From: Eledone cirrhosa
Taxonomy: Eukaryota
Length of the DNA: 64,000 nt
Reading direction: 5' to 3'
Assembly (NCBI GenBank): GCA_964016885.1
Contig: OZ024744.1
Span: 83,948,001-84,012,000 of the forward strand
The notes beneath the pieces are model-generated. The model saw nothing but the letters and a program-made list of their open reading frames with translations, was not told the DNA's origin and ran no database searches. The position numbers and the translations under genes were made by a program. Position 1 is the first letter of the stretch, and every line of letters starts with the position of its first letter. This document shows, piece by piece, positions 41,038 through 54,730 of the stretch.

Positions 41038-44000
41038 GTTTCTTTATTGGCCACAAGGGCTAACACTAAGAAAAACACTAGAGACGGCACAGAACAGTAC
41101 AGGACGATACAAAGTGGGTTTTGGTCGTGTAAACAGGTTATTACAAAATCGGGCTAGAAATAAAAAAAACATTCAAACAACAAAAAATCCCCCAAAAGGA
41201 GGAAACCTCCGAGGGTCACTTGTGGCGAAAACCACACAAAAAAATCCTCGGCCACCCTGACCACCAGGGCAAGCGCCCTCTCTCACTTTTCCCACTCCTC
41301 AGTCTACAGGCGCATACTCAGAGCGGCCCGTTCACTCGGACCAGACTCGCTATTTTCACCCACCTTTCAACAAACTTACTAGAAGGCAGCACTTGCCTCT
41401 CCACCCTGATTTTCCTTTTCAAGTGAAACTTGAAAAAGTTAATCAGGGATTGGCCGAAGAGGAAAGTGTCCGTCTTCAACCCTTTCAACCTTGTCCACCA
41501 CACAATCTCTTTCGCCATGGCCACCAGGCAGATGAAAACTGCCTGCCCTTCCCCCTCTTTAAAGGAGGATGGCGGGGCTATCTGCACAATGGACTCGGTC
41601 GATAACCGGATCCGTCCTACACGCAACAGCAGCTGTTCGACATAGTTCCACAAGTCAGCAATCCTCGGGCACTGAACGAATGCGTGCAGGGCGATTTCGT
41701 CGCCCTGCGCGCATCTCGGACAGGCTCGGCTGACAGCACCTCCGTGCCTGTAGAACTTATCCCGAACCGGCAACGCTCCCCGGTAGCACTGCCAGGCTTG
41801 GGATTTCTGGAAGTTGTGCATAGGCCCCGGTCTGAAAGTTCTCTTGAAGAGAGCGACCAGCTGATCGTATTCGACGCCCAGGGTCTCCCGAGGACGTCGT
41901 CGCTCTTTCCCTCCACTACCCCTCTATATAAATCCGAATTGGATGTTCCACCGATACTAGTGCCCAGCTGGTAGATGGCGGTGAGCGCTTGGAGACATTC
42001 CAGCTTCCAAGCGCTATCTCTCGGTCTTTTCCTGATCCAGGACTGCAGCTCCGTCAAGGATACGAGCTGGGGAAAAGCGCGTCTAGCAAACAGTGACCAC
42101 GCCTGTTTACCGCCAAGGAAGCACCAGCGCATGTTTGCGCATCATCAGCCACGCCATGGCTAGTCCTCCACGCAACGGGTCTTGACAGCAAATGGATCAT
42201 CTGACCATGGGAGCACGTCCCTTCCAAAAAACTGGAAGAGAAGACGCTCTATTTTGTTCAGAGTTGGGTGGGGGCAAGGTACGACGGTCAGGCGGTAGCA
42301 GATGACGGAGGCGATGTACGCATTCGCCACCTCTGTCCGACCTTTTAGAGACAGCCTCCTCTTGGCCCATTTCTGGGTGAGAGAGGCCACCCTGCACGTC
42401 ACCTCGCTTCAGTTTTTCTCCATCTTGAGGTCCGGACCGAACCAGACCCCGAGCAATTTAACCGGTCCTTCCATCCAGCGCCCCACGATGCTGTCGGACG
42501 GCATGGACTTGCTTCTCCAGGTGCCGAGTTGCAAGCCAACCGACTTTTCCTGGTTTATCTTTGCTCCTGTAACCGCTTCGTATTCCTTGAGAGCGGTGCC
42601 GAGCATCCGGATGTGTTTGGTGCTCGACACCACCACGGTGACGTCGTCGGCGTAAGCTAACACGGATCTCTCGCATCCCAGTTCGCGTGGGACCCCCTCC
42701 CCACTCATCGTCTCCAATGTGTACAGTAACGGCTCTAGGGCCAGTACGTACAAGAGGGACGAGAGGGGGAAACCCTGGCGGACTGAGCGCATGATGCAGA
42801 AAGGCTGCGACAGGAGACCATTCACCCTCACAATCGAGCAGATGACGCTGTGCGTCCCAGCTATCCAACCCCTAAAAATGGACACGAAGCCGGCCGCCTC
42901 GAGGACCGCAGGCAGTTACCCTATAAAATGCTTTAGATTGATCCAAGTTGATCAGGACCCCACCTGTGCCAGGTTCCTTAACCACCCTCTCTATGATGTA
43001 TCTCATGAGATGGAGGTTGTCGTGGATGGATCTGTCCGGAATGGCGCATATCAGCGCCTCTGCCACCAGGTCACCGACGACAAGCGCCGATCTCATTGCT
43101 AACACCTTGGCTAAAATCTTAAACTCTGCGTTTAGCAGAGTTATGGGCCTGAAGTTGTCTTTAACGTCCCCCTTGTTCGGGTCTTTTCTCTGCAACGCCA
43201 CTGCTCCCCGGTTCACAAAACTGGGAATGCTCCCGTTCTGCTGCCAGTTGCAGTAGACATCTGCCAAGAGGTCACCGAACAAGGCTGGCTAGTACGCATA
43301 ATGCTCGTAGGGCAGACCATCCAAACCAGGTGTTTTACCCCTCGTGCTGTAAGACATCGTTTCCCGTAATTCATCTGCTGTTATCGGCTTTTCGCAGCAA
43401 TACACTGCGGTTGTCGAGAGCCGCGGCAATCCGTCGAGGTATGCACCGAAGTCCATACTCCGACCCCCCCACCCCCACCAACGCTCCCGAACAATTGAGC
43501 AAAGTGCTGTTGAAAAGCCGCACACATCTGCTCGGGTTCGAGCCACATGCGCCCGTTTTGATCAGGCAAAGACCGAATTGTGGACTTGTTGCCACGTCGC
43601 GCCTCCACCACCCGGGCCCATTGAATGGATTTCGTCCCCTCGTGTCTTAGAGCACGTGCTCTATCTCTGACAACGCATCCTTCATGCTTTGCGTTGAATA
43701 ATTGGTCGAGTGCCAATCTCGCCGCAAGTACGTCGGTTGGGATGCCTTTCCTAAACGCCTCTACTCTATTTTCCTCAATCACTACTCCTTTGCTAAACCT
43801 TATCGATGCTACTCTAATATCCCTTTTTAGAGTAAACCACCACCTGTTGTTGACGATCGCATCCGTGAACGCACGCTTAACTAATTCGCTAATCCGGTCT
43901 CTGTAAGCTTTGCGCGCCGGGAACGACGCTTTCAGCATTCAGTAACCGGGCCCTTGCCTATAGAGTCTAGCTAAGTCAATTTCACAGATATGAAATTTGT

Positions 44001-45575
44001 GGTCCGTATAATCGACTATTTTAAATTGTGGACAACCTACACTAGCCTTTGTTTGTTTCCCTACAGAATACCCTATCTAAATACGATCTGGATGACCCAA
44101 TGTGGTTTGCCCATGTCCACATTGGTACATTCGGATAATCCAGTCTATATCTGTCAGACAGTTCAAAACCTCTGAGCAGGTTGTTGAGGGGATTTACACC
44201 CTCCTGTCCTGTCTACTAACCCCACATAATCCCAGCGTGCATCTAAGATACCGTTCCAGTCGCCCACTAACACTAAAGAGCGCGACGTTCAAAGAAAGGT
44301 CTCTAGACGTCTGAAGAAATCTGGCCGTTCTGCCCGAAACATTGCCTTCACTGCCGGTCATGTCCAGCACCACCGACTTATCTTCTGGGTCCAGGAAGAT
44401 GACCCGTATGGCGAGATCCAAGCCTCTCCTAAAAAGGACGGCAACCCCTCCCCCGATCCCGGACGACAGGGAGATGCGTATACATCGTAGCCGCCAAAGA
44501 TCGGTGCGTAGGCTCGTGCTTCGGAGATTCTGGTCCTGCTGATGGCCACCACATCTATGTTTAGTGACCTGATGTCGTTGAGCAGGTGACCCTGCTTCGA
44601 AGATGACCCCAGGCCACCTACATTTATACTACCTATTCTAAGTACGGCCATGCTGGATGAGGAAACGGGGTAAGTGACAAACGATCACTTACCTTGATGG
44701 TGTGAGCCAGGGACAATAGAGCCGTCCCTTCGGTAGGTCATGGGTGTCTCCAAGATGGTATCGGTTTCTATTCTTTTGGAGAGTGACCCCCTGAAATCTC
44801 CAACTGCGTTGGGGAATTTTTGCTTTAATATTTTATAGTCTTCCAGTTTGATTTCGACAATTGTAATGTTTTGGGGTAATGTTGTTGGTGTAGGTGGGGT
44901 GTGGTACTTTGAGTCTCTAATGTCTGTGTGTTGTTTTATATGTTCCATTAATCCAGTATGGAGGCACATGGCTTAGTGGTTAGAGCATTGGCCTTGCAAT
45001 CGAAAGGTTGTGAGTTCAATTCTCAGACCGGGTGATGTGTTGTTTCCTTGAGCAAGACACTTTATTTCACATTGCTCCAGTTTACTCAGCTGTAGAAATG
45101 AGATGATAGGGACTGGGGTCCCTATCATTCAACTGTACACTGGACGTGGAGGTGCCACGGCAAAAAAGCACCCAGCACTCACTGTAAATTAGGTTGGTGT
45201 TAGGAAGGGCATCCAGCTGTAGAAATCAAGCCAGAATCAGTTCCCGTCCCACCCTTGCAAGCAGAGAAAAGCGGACGTAAAAATGAAATGATGAAATGAA
45301 ATGATTAATCCTTTGTGTGTGATATTTATGGCTGTGTAATATTTTTGTGGGGCGAGGGTGATTTTGTTGCTGTTGGGTGTGTGTGCTTTCTTGTGTTTGT
45401 GATGTTGGTGATTTTTGGTGATGGTGGTGGTGTGGTTGTTGTTGGTGGTGATGCTTGTGGTGGTGATGATGATGCTGGTGGTGTTACTGCAAGTCACATT
45501 GCAGCCTTTTCCCCTCTTTCTTTGTATCCGCTTTTGGGTTGAGAAGCTGTGGTGTTTTTGCGTTTGTTCTTTTGT
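41038..45575 (-). mobile_element. Longer Tx1-clade LINE: ORF1 remnant plus ORF2 (APE endonuclease, RT, C-terminus), decayed
   Basis: ORF2 starts MAVLRIGSINVGGL at 44651. Motifs YLDRV, DHKFH, FRPITLLNAEFKILA, DQSKAF and YADDVT. The upstream ORF1-like frame is interrupted by a SINE. Confidence 0.88.
44955..45303 (+). mobile_element. tRNA-derived SINE, family B, with 8-bp target-site duplication ATTAATCC
   Basis: TGGCTTAGTGGTTAGAGC A-box, GAGTTCAATTC B-box, CCTTGAGCAAGACACTT body and (ATGAA)n tail. ATTAATCC occurs at 44947 and 45304. Confidence 0.85.
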
Positions 45576-45576
45576 G

Positions 45577-45612
<36 letters not shown>

Positions 45613-45635
45613 AACATATATATATATATGTATGC

Positions 45636-45711
<76 letters not shown>

Positions 45712-46057
45712 GTATGCATATATATGTATATATACATATATATACATACATATATATATATATATATATATTAACTCTCTAAAAAGGGAAATCATATCAA
45801 ACCACAGTCGACCATTTGCCTCCTTCACGGAACCATGGGTCAACTAAGCACTCTTGCGATATTAACACATTTTGAACTGCTTAACTTCAATGACTGTGCT
45901 TGTAAATAACATTAACTTTTCTTCCACATTGACTTTTTACGTTCCACATTATGCACGTTTTTTTTTCCTTTTTCTTTTTTCTTTTCCCTTCTTAAACCTT
46001 GTTTGTATATAACATTATTCTTTCTGCACCTTCTCGACACCACACTAATACATTTCA

Positions 46058-46099
46058 CTATCATTTGATAATGCATATAAATGCAGAAACCGGTAATAG
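46058..46099 (+). ncRNA. Minimal hammerhead, U3-A8 core variant, in the 5' pseudo-LTR
   Basis: CUAUCAU-UUGAUAA-UGCAU AUAA AUGCA-GAAA-CCGG-UA/AUAG. Confidence 0.6.
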
Positions 46100-48097
46100 A
46101 CAATAATTAAATATATAAATAGATAATTAAATGCCATTGTTATATAATAAATAAATCAACTAATACCTTAACACTTCACACAAAGTAAAACATTTCGTTT
46201 TAATCATTTTCTAACCCAGAAAAAAGAGAGAGAGAGACAAAAATAAGGAAAAATATATATTTTTCTTCCTCATAATCGCCTCTTTCCCCTGTTTTCATAT
46301 ATATATATATATATATCCTAAATCATGTGCCTGCTCTCCACATTTTATTACTATTATTATTCACCCTCACACGAGACACATGAAATGCCTACTAAAACAA
46401 AAAACAGACTCCACTCTCATTAGCATCAATCAAGAGATACTCCAAGAACTACAACAAATAAACTCTAATTTGGCAATACTCACCAACAAACTTAACTCTA
46501 CAAGTGAAGAAACAATCCCCAAATACACATCCTATGAAATCAACGACAATATCAACAACTTATGTGAAACAATAAAAACACACCTGAATAACAACACAAA
46601 CCCTATTCAAACGAACGAAAATACACATAACACTATTACACTTACAACTTACCAAATAAAAAACAAATTAATACCACAATGGTACACATCTCTTAATAAC
46701 AGGAAATTCTCCTTTTGGAAGATGATACGAAACAATAACAAAGCGGAGATCTATGAAAAATGGATCAACTCTTTTCCCATTAATCATCCCCCGAAAACTA
46801 CAAATTAAATCCATCCCAAACGAACCAGAGACACAAAAACACCTCAGGGAAAGAATGGCACTTGGTAACATAAAAATCGAAATTGAACTCCTTAAATTGA
46901 GAGCCCAAGCAAATGAAAATAGGATCAAATCAATCGACAATGAGATTAATCTAGCAATTATCAATATAACCAAAGACACCACCCTAGAAAATATTTCAAA
47001 ATTATGGTTAGATGACTGTAATAAGGAAGAATTAAAATCCCTTCAACGCTGGTTCTCTAACTATGAAACACACTTTTCCAAAAAAACACACATCCAAGAA
47101 CCCCTTCATTAAAACCATAATACCAAGAAAACTCAATCAACAACCAAACAACACACAACAACCAACAACAACAAAAAAACAATACCTCCCCACATACCAA
47201 CAAAAGAAGGCATCACCTCGCCCCTACCTCCTACATCCTCCACACCACTACCACACGGACTCCTAGGCAACAAATATAGTAATAGAGAAACATCAGCTAC
47301 AAGATAGACACTTCAACTTCTCTCCTACCAGGAGAAACCATAAAATCCCCACACTTACAACCCCCCCCCCCCCCCTAACATCCCCACACAACAAACCCAC
47401 AACCATCATTACTTCCAACATAGAACCCAAAATACACAACTACCACACATGTCACACAGAGCCTCACAACCACTGACCAGCTATAAGGAAACCCTAATCT
47501 ACTTACCACACCCTACTACAACAACACCAGCAGGGGACAATACAACCTCACCAAACACCCTAACCACTACAACCACCATAGCTACACACCATATAACAGC
47601 AACAACAGGACTCAATATTAACACACAAGACAACCCTACTACAACTACCACCAAGTCTACACACCCTACAACAACAGCAGTGCTCAACACAAACCACACG
47701 TTACAACCCGATTTCAACAACCACCACAACTTCACACCCTATAACCACGTCCATCAAATCTACACACCCTACAACAACATCAGCAAGGCTCAATACAACC
47801 ACACGATACAACCTAAACTCAACACCACCACAACTAGACACCATCTTACAACAACAGCAGGAGCCTATACAACTATAAGAGACATCCAAACTTCAACAGC
47901 CATCACAACTTCCGTAATCATTTTTTAGACACAGCACACAGACACAGGATCACAAGATAACACAAAACACACAGGAGACAAAAAATGCAATAAAAATTGT
48001 CAATTTAACCTCCGAAGAATTAACAACAGACCAAATCAATATACTCTCCAAAGGTCTAAAATTTACACCAACTCTCCAACAACCAAACTACCCCGAA

Positions 48098-49711
48098 ATG
48101 AAGGAAGATATTACAGAATTCTGTAGAAAACTAAGACTCAGCGAGCAACTATACGACAAATACAATGAGGATGACTCAATAGCCAGAAATAGAAGCAACT
48201 ACACCCCACCAAAAGGCAAGAAGAAATTCCTCGATCAATTCTGCGAACACATTACTAATTACCCATACCACCACCTACACAGACATAAACAAAAACCAAA
48301 CCTAAGAAAAAGAGAATGGAATGGTCTTAACAGTCTAAAAAACGACAAAACCCTAACAACCAAAGAGGCAGATAAAGGGAGTGCAGTAGTCCTTATGGAG
48401 ACAGATTATTACACAACTCTAGAAAGCCAAACATATGAAAAGGCCCAACACTACACACAACAGAAAATAATGAGAAACCTAAAATCCCTAACAACCCTTT
48501 TCAAAGAAGGCCTTACAGACAAGGAATACAACTACATCTCCAATTTCAAAAGCAGAACCAGCCTCTTCTACGGTGTCCCCAAGACACACAAAAGCGAAGT
48601 AATAGGCAGGTCTTGCAAGCAAGCCACAGTCGTTTACATCAATATAGCCCCTCCTGATGACCTTAAATTAAGACCCATAAAAGCAGGCACCACATGTGAA
48701 ACCCATCGCCTAAGCAACTTTCTAGATATTCTGCTTAAACCTTTCCTAAAATATATAAAAACCTTCATAAGGGACGACCTTGACATGCTCAACCATCTCC
48801 CAACAACACTCAATAACGAACATACCCTACTAGTAACCTTTGATGTCATCAATTTATATTCCAATATCCCACACAACCTAGGTATAGAGGCAATACAATT
48901 CTGGATGGAAAATTTCCCTAGTGAACTCCCACAGCGCATGCCTAAAGAATTTGTGTTGGAGGGACTCAAATTCATCTTGGAAAACAATTTCTTCGAATAC
49001 GATGCCAAATACTACAGACAAAAATCTGAGACTGCCATGGGCACGAAAGTGACCCCCTCATACGCCAACCTTGTCATGGGATATTTGGAAACCATGCTCT
49101 ACCGCAAAGTTCTAGACAAATACGCCAACCACTTCTACCAACACATAGAAAAGAACTGGAAGAGATATCTGGACGACTGCTTCATCCTCTCGCATGAAAG
49201 TATAGATAGACTGTTTGAGTTCAAAACCCTTCTGAATGAGCTCAACACTAACTTACAATTCACAATGGATTACAGCCATGAACAACTCCCTTTCCTCGAC
49301 ATCCTCATCAAGAAAACAAGCAACAAAATAGAAACAGACATATACTACAAACCCACAGACTCCAAACAATACCTTCCATTCAACTCGTGCCACCCTAGAC
49401 ACACCAAAATGGCAATTCCTTATAACCTAGCCAGAAGGATCTGCACAATAGTTTCAGATAAATACACATGTTACACGCGAATAGAAGAATTAAAAAACAC
49501 ACTTATCAGCAGAAACTACCCACCATCCCTAATCAACAATGGATTCCAACGTGCCCTAAAACTAGACATCCAGGAACTCAGACACGCCAAACCCAGGAGT
49601 AAACCGCGACAAAAACTCTACCATACATCTCCACACACAACCCCCTCAACAGTGAGGCATTCGACACCATCCTCCAGAACATTCCTTTACTTAAAAGAGA
49701 CCCAAGATTGA
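48098..49711 (+). CDS. Penelope-type reverse transcriptase (part of a frameshifted polyprotein, ~46380-50220)
   Basis: ADKG, FYGVPKTHK, LRPI, TFDVINLYSNIP, AMGT..P.YANL, RYLDD, LPFLDI and YYKPTD..SCHP. Confidence 0.9.
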   Translation: MKEDITEFCRKLRLSEQLYDKYNEDDSIARNRSNYTPPKGKKKFLDQFCEHITNYPYHHLHRHKQKPNLRKREWNGLNSLKNDKTLTTKEADKGSAVVLMETDYYTTLESQTYEKAQHYTQQKIMRNLKSLTTLFKEGLTDKEYNYISNFKSRTSLFYGVPKTHKSEVIGRSCKQATVVYINIAPPDDLKLRPIKAGTTCETHRLSNFLDILLKPFLKYIKTFIRDDLDMLNHLPTTLNNEHTLLVTFDVINLYSNIPHNLGIEAIQFWMENFPSELPQRMPKEFVLEGLKFILENNFFEYDAKYYRQKSETAMGTKVTPSYANLVMGYLETMLYRKVLDKYANHFYQHIEKNWKRYLDDCFILSHESIDRLFEFKTLLNELNTNLQFTMDYSHEQLPFLDILIKKTSNKIETDIYYKPTDSKQYLPFNSCHPRHTKMAIPYNLARRICTIVSDKYTCYTRIEELKNTLISRNYPPSLINNGFQRALKLDIQELRHAKPRSKPRQKLYHTSPHTTPSTVRHSTPSSRTFLYLKETQD

Positions 49712-49819
49712 ACAATATCCTCCAAACACACAACATCATAAAGAGCAAAAGACAACCCAAATCCATAAAAACATCCTCACACAAGCCAAAATCCAACAAA
49801 CCCTCACAATAAACCCTAC

Positions 49820-50220
49820 AGTAACAAAATGCGGAAGCCCCAAATGTGGCATATGTATAAATCTAATAGAAGGGTCAACATTCCATTTTAAACAAGGAAA
49901 ACGTTTCACAGTTAAACACAACTTTACATGTGCATCTGAAAACCTTATCTATGTTTTGACTTGCTCAGGTTGTCAAGAGCATTACATAGGACAGACAAAA
50001 AACAGCCTCCGTCAACGTATGACCATCCATAAATCACAAATTAAAATACAGGAATACAGAAAGATTGCATTTAAGGAACATATCGCCAATTGTGCTCTCA
50101 ACCAACTTCCAAACTTTAAAATTTTCCCCATTTACAAATTCATAGACAACGCTACTTTCATCCAATGCACCTATAAGGAAACACATTTCATTAATAAATT
50201 TTAACCACTACTCAATGCCC
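49820..50220 (+). pseudogene. Cys-rich linker plus GIY-YIG endonuclease of the Penelope element
   Basis: KCGSPKCGIC..FTCASENLIYVLTCSGCQEHYIGQT..LRQRMTIH..EH; premature stop near 50202. Confidence 0.85.
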
Positions 50221-50638
50221 TAAAAATCGGACCAATCTAAAACTGCAACAAACCATCAACATTTACAAGAGTTACCTCCCTCACACCCTACCTAATCCTT
50301 TTTCTTAAATAAATTAAATATCACCCAGCAAGAATTGCTTCCCCCTGCATATTAACTCTCTAAAAAGGGAAATCATATCAAACCACAATCCACCATTTGC
50401 CTCCTTCGCGGAACCATGGGTCAACTAAGCACTCTTGCGATATTAACACATTTTGAACTGCTTAACTTCAATGACTGTGCTTGTAAATAACATTAACTTT
50501 TCTTCCACATTGACTTTTTACGTTCCACATTATGCACGTTTTTTTTTCCTTTTTTTTTTTTCTTTTCCCTTCTTAAACCTTGTTTGTATATAACATTGTT
50601 CTTTCTGCACCTTCTCGACACCACACTAATACATTTCA

Positions 50639-50680
50639 CTATCATTTGATAATGCATATAAATGCAGAAACCGGTAATAG
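50639..50680 (+). ncRNA. Minimal hammerhead, U3-A8 core variant, in the 3' pseudo-LTR
   Basis: Identical to 46058-46099, 4581 bp downstream. Confidence 0.6.
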
Positions 50681-50873
50681 ACAATAATTAAATATATAAA
50701 TAGATAATTAAATGCCATTGTTATATAATAAATAAATCAACTAATACCTTAACACTTCACACAAAGTAAAACATCTCGTTTTAATCATTTTCTAACCCAG
50801 AAAAAAGAGAGAGAGAGACAAAAAAAGGAAAAAAATATATTTTTCTTCCTCATAATCGTCTCTTTACCCTTCT

Positions 50874-50919
<46 letters not shown>

Positions 50920-51734
50920 TAAAATAACAGATTAAAGTTTAAGCAAAGAATGGCTGCTTTCACCCTTGATATATATTTATCCTTATCGAGCCCTCTTTGG
51001 ATTTTAGTCTTCAAATTTATTATTATTACTATATATATATATACATACATATATATGTATATGTATATATATATGTATATATATGTATATATACATATAT
51101 ATATATACATATATATATTATACGTACTTTCATAATCACACACATTTACACATACCAACAGGCACATACATACATGCACTCTCCAACATTACCCATGTAA
51201 TGTTTAGAGATCATGAAAGCCATTTTACAAAATTAATGCTAAATTCCAATAAATTTTTTTCTACTTCGGAATATATCTAAAATGCACCTTACAATTCCAT
51301 GTTATATCCAAAATTTCGGGCGTCAGACACAAATTATAAATGTAATTAAATATCACATACAAATTATAAATGTAATTAAATATCACATACTTATAGCGTA
51401 TTCCAAAGTTATTTTCATTGCCTCTTCCTTTCTTTCTCCCTTTCTCACAGTTTCTGTTCCTCCCTCCCTCACTCTCTCTTTCACTCACACTCTCTCACTC
51501 TCTCTCTCACTCTCTCTCTCGCCCTCACTGTCACACACTTACACTCTCTCTTTCTCTCACTCACTCTTACTCTCTTTGTTTTTGTATCTTTATCTATTCC
51601 TGTCTATCTCTCTCTAGATATATCTATCTCTATCTATCTATCTTTCTCTCTCAATCCACACACCCTCTTTGTTATATATATATATATATATCGCATCTTA
51701 CCACCCCCTCTTTGTTATATATATATGTATATAG

Positions 51735-51780
<46 letters not shown>

Positions 51781-51848
51781 GTATGTGTATATATATATGT
51801 ATATATATGTAAGTATATATACCTACATTTATACATACATATATTATA

Positions 51849-51929
<81 letters not shown>

Positions 51930-52134
51930 TATGTATACGTACATACATATATGTGTACTGACGCACAGTAGTATGTATATTTATACATACATGCACACAC
52001 ATATATATGTACGTATGAGTTTACCGAACATTTATTATAATGTTCGGTTTGTTTGTAAACAAACAGCACGAATTACGCCGTACAGTGCTCGGCCCCCATC
52101 GTCATATATATATATATATATAAACAATTAAGTT

Positions 52135-52171
<37 letters not shown>

Positions 52172-52689
52172 CCCATTACAGTGAGTGTAAAATATAAAAT
52201 AACTTATTAAACCGGCGAATAACACCAGGAGATGGAAAGGGGGATAGATACGCCTAAAGTACACCTCTCTACAAATTCCATTTCAGAAGTGTTTACCTTT
52301 GAACAAGTAACGTATACTCTGAATCACTTACAAAGCGTCGGGTAAGTATAAAACTATTAGATATATGCCTCCACTCTACGGAATTCTTTAGGACCACAAC
52401 CAAGCTTTCTTTCCAGCCCTGAGTGCAGAGTAGTTAACCTCTGTATGAGGTTAAATACCTTGTATTTAATGGGCAAAATTGATAATACGCCGTTCATCGC
52501 ATGCATGCGTTCATACAACAAGGCTGAAATCACTGATAAACATCGGTCTATTCATCCTCAACACACACACAAAAAAAAAGCGAACACATTTTCATAAGCC
52601 AGTCATGCAGAGGGACAATGGCCTGATAAAACAAAATATGTATGTGGAATTTTCTCTGCACTTGCTCGAAAAAGACTGCGTGTGCTGGG

Positions 52690-53700
52690 TAAATCCACCT
52701 TTGAACTTATTATGTTAGGCTCGAGTAATTCCTATCGATGTTTTCTAGTGGTATTTCGGCGGTCGTGTAGACCACAGACTTCGAGAGGTATGATCGAAAG
52801 CATTTCGCAGTTACTCTGATGTGTTGAAATCTTCATCAGTTTGGATGTTTTTTTATTATATATTTGTTTCTGTTTTCCTTACTATAGCTGGGACTGGTTG
52901 AAGTTCCTATGTATATGTATTATTTCCTCATTAGGCATCTTGTTGAAATAGTACTTGTCGGTTTGCAAGTCCAGGGTGATGTTTAAAAAGTCGACTTTAG
53001 TTAGGTTAGCGTTAACCGTGATTTTCAAGCTGAACTCTTTAAAGATCTTCATGAGATATTTTTCTGAACTTATACATGCCAAAGACGTTCATACGGCTTG
53101 AGATGGCCAGAACGTTGTCTCTATACAGGCTGGACTATGAAACATGTCCTTTTATTTTTAGCGTTATCAAGGATAAATAAAACGACGAAATTAGCGACCT
53201 CTGCTATGTTTTAGGACACCATAGCACGTGCAATAGCGGATCTCCTTTTTTACCCAAGGAGAATTATTATGAACAGAAGCAACATCATGGCATTCAGAAT
53301 TATTTTAACATCGAGATTACTTATCCTAACGAATTGTTTTCTGAGGTGTATGGCTTTCAGACGGAAGGATAAAAATCCACTATATAAAACTAGGCAGGTG
53401 TGTAGGCTTCTTGTTCTTGATGCCGCGGAACTAATTGATGATGACTCTATTGGACTCCCATTGGACTAGGCCAGTCACTCTTCTAATTTTGGTGTTGAAG
53501 CCCGGTTGAGAATATACATACTAACTCTACATATCTCCCTCTCAGAGGCGTTAATCAGTCTGCACTTAGTGTTGGAGTAGAATTTTACCAAAAAGAGATT
53601 AAGAAGTGGGTGAAACGTTGTCGAAATCGTAGCTTTCCGATGAAGTGCATTAAATCGGCACCTAAATTCGCAAGGCACTTCATTTGGTGGGTGGGGAATA
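52690..53700 (-). pseudogene. Heavily decayed RT of a second Penelope-like lineage
   Basis: KCRLINAS..EICRVS, LYRDNVL and FSLKITVNANLTKVDFLNITLDL..IH. Confidence 0.65.
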
Positions 53701-54248
53701 TTCGTGATTTGAGGTGGTATTCGTTTGTAGGTGTAGAGGTAGGCGGGTTCTCAAAAACTGAAGCCTTCTAACGCATATAGCTGCTCACACTTTCCGTTTT
53801 CTAAATGAATGTCCCGCCATCTTGAAGTAACTATATAAGTTTGGGTACCAAGAAAAGAAAGGATCAATGACCAGATAATGTACAAATTAAGAATATTTAT
53901 ATTAACAGTTCCTTTTTTCGCATTACCAAAAAGCTTTGTAGCGGCTAATACGACCAGCGCTTTAAGATGCAATGGAAAATAAATGAAATTTGAAATATAC
54001 GTATATTTGTATTCATAATTCAAAGAGAGAATTTATAAGACATGAAATTCTGCAATATAATCGGAATTTGTATTACAGCGTCAGACAATCGAAATGTTAA
54101 AAAAGATTTCAGTCTGATTGATGAATATCTAACTAAGTACTTATTAAGACACGTAACTCGGAGTAAATTACGTGTTTCGTTCAGCCATATTTATAATATA
54201 TGTATATGTGTGCATGTGCATATACGCGTATCTGTAAGTGAATGCATG

Positions 54249-54317
<69 letters not shown>

Positions 54318-54351
54318 TAAATATATTAAATATATATATATATTAAAACGA

Positions 54352-54390
54352 CGAGCTGGTGATCCGACTAAGGTGAAACAATTGTTCTCG
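54352..54390 (+). ncRNA. Hammerhead-like motif with an A6G core change (probably inactive)
   Basis: CGAG-CUGGUGA-U CC GACUAA GG U-GAAA-CAAUUG-UU/CUCG in a short insert between (TA)n tracts. Confidence 0.5.
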
Positions 54391-54421
54391 GAAATGGTGA
54401 ATTAACTGTTGTGGAACTACT

Positions 54422-54453
<32 letters not shown>

Positions 54454-54471
54454 AATACATACACATATATA

Positions 54472-54558
<87 letters not shown>

Positions 54559-54698
54559 TACATATGTACATATGTACATATATATACATATATATACATA
54601 TAAGCATATATGTATGATTCTAGAATTTGTATCAAATAGGGTGTTTTTCATACACGTATTCAGATCCGTGTATCATATGTGTATGTATGTGATTATGC

Positions 54699-54730
<32 letters not shown>

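Larger units (their letters stand above)
45770..50878 (+). mobile_element. Near full-length Penelope-like retroelement (Neptune/Naiad-type architecture) inserted in (TA)n
   Basis: Direct ~530-bp repeats at 45770-46297 and 50351-50878 flank a frameshifted RT and GIY-YIG ORF. (TA)n lies at both ends. Confidence 0.92.

Noticed and set aside
44960-45030. tRNA gene
   Set aside because: It is a SINE head with no proper acceptor stem, continuing into a SINE body and flanked by a target-site duplication.
49700-49715. In-frame UGA as a selenocysteine codon in the Penelope ORF
   Set aside because: The TGA follows a frameshift; the true frame reads PRLNNIL and no SECIS was recognised.
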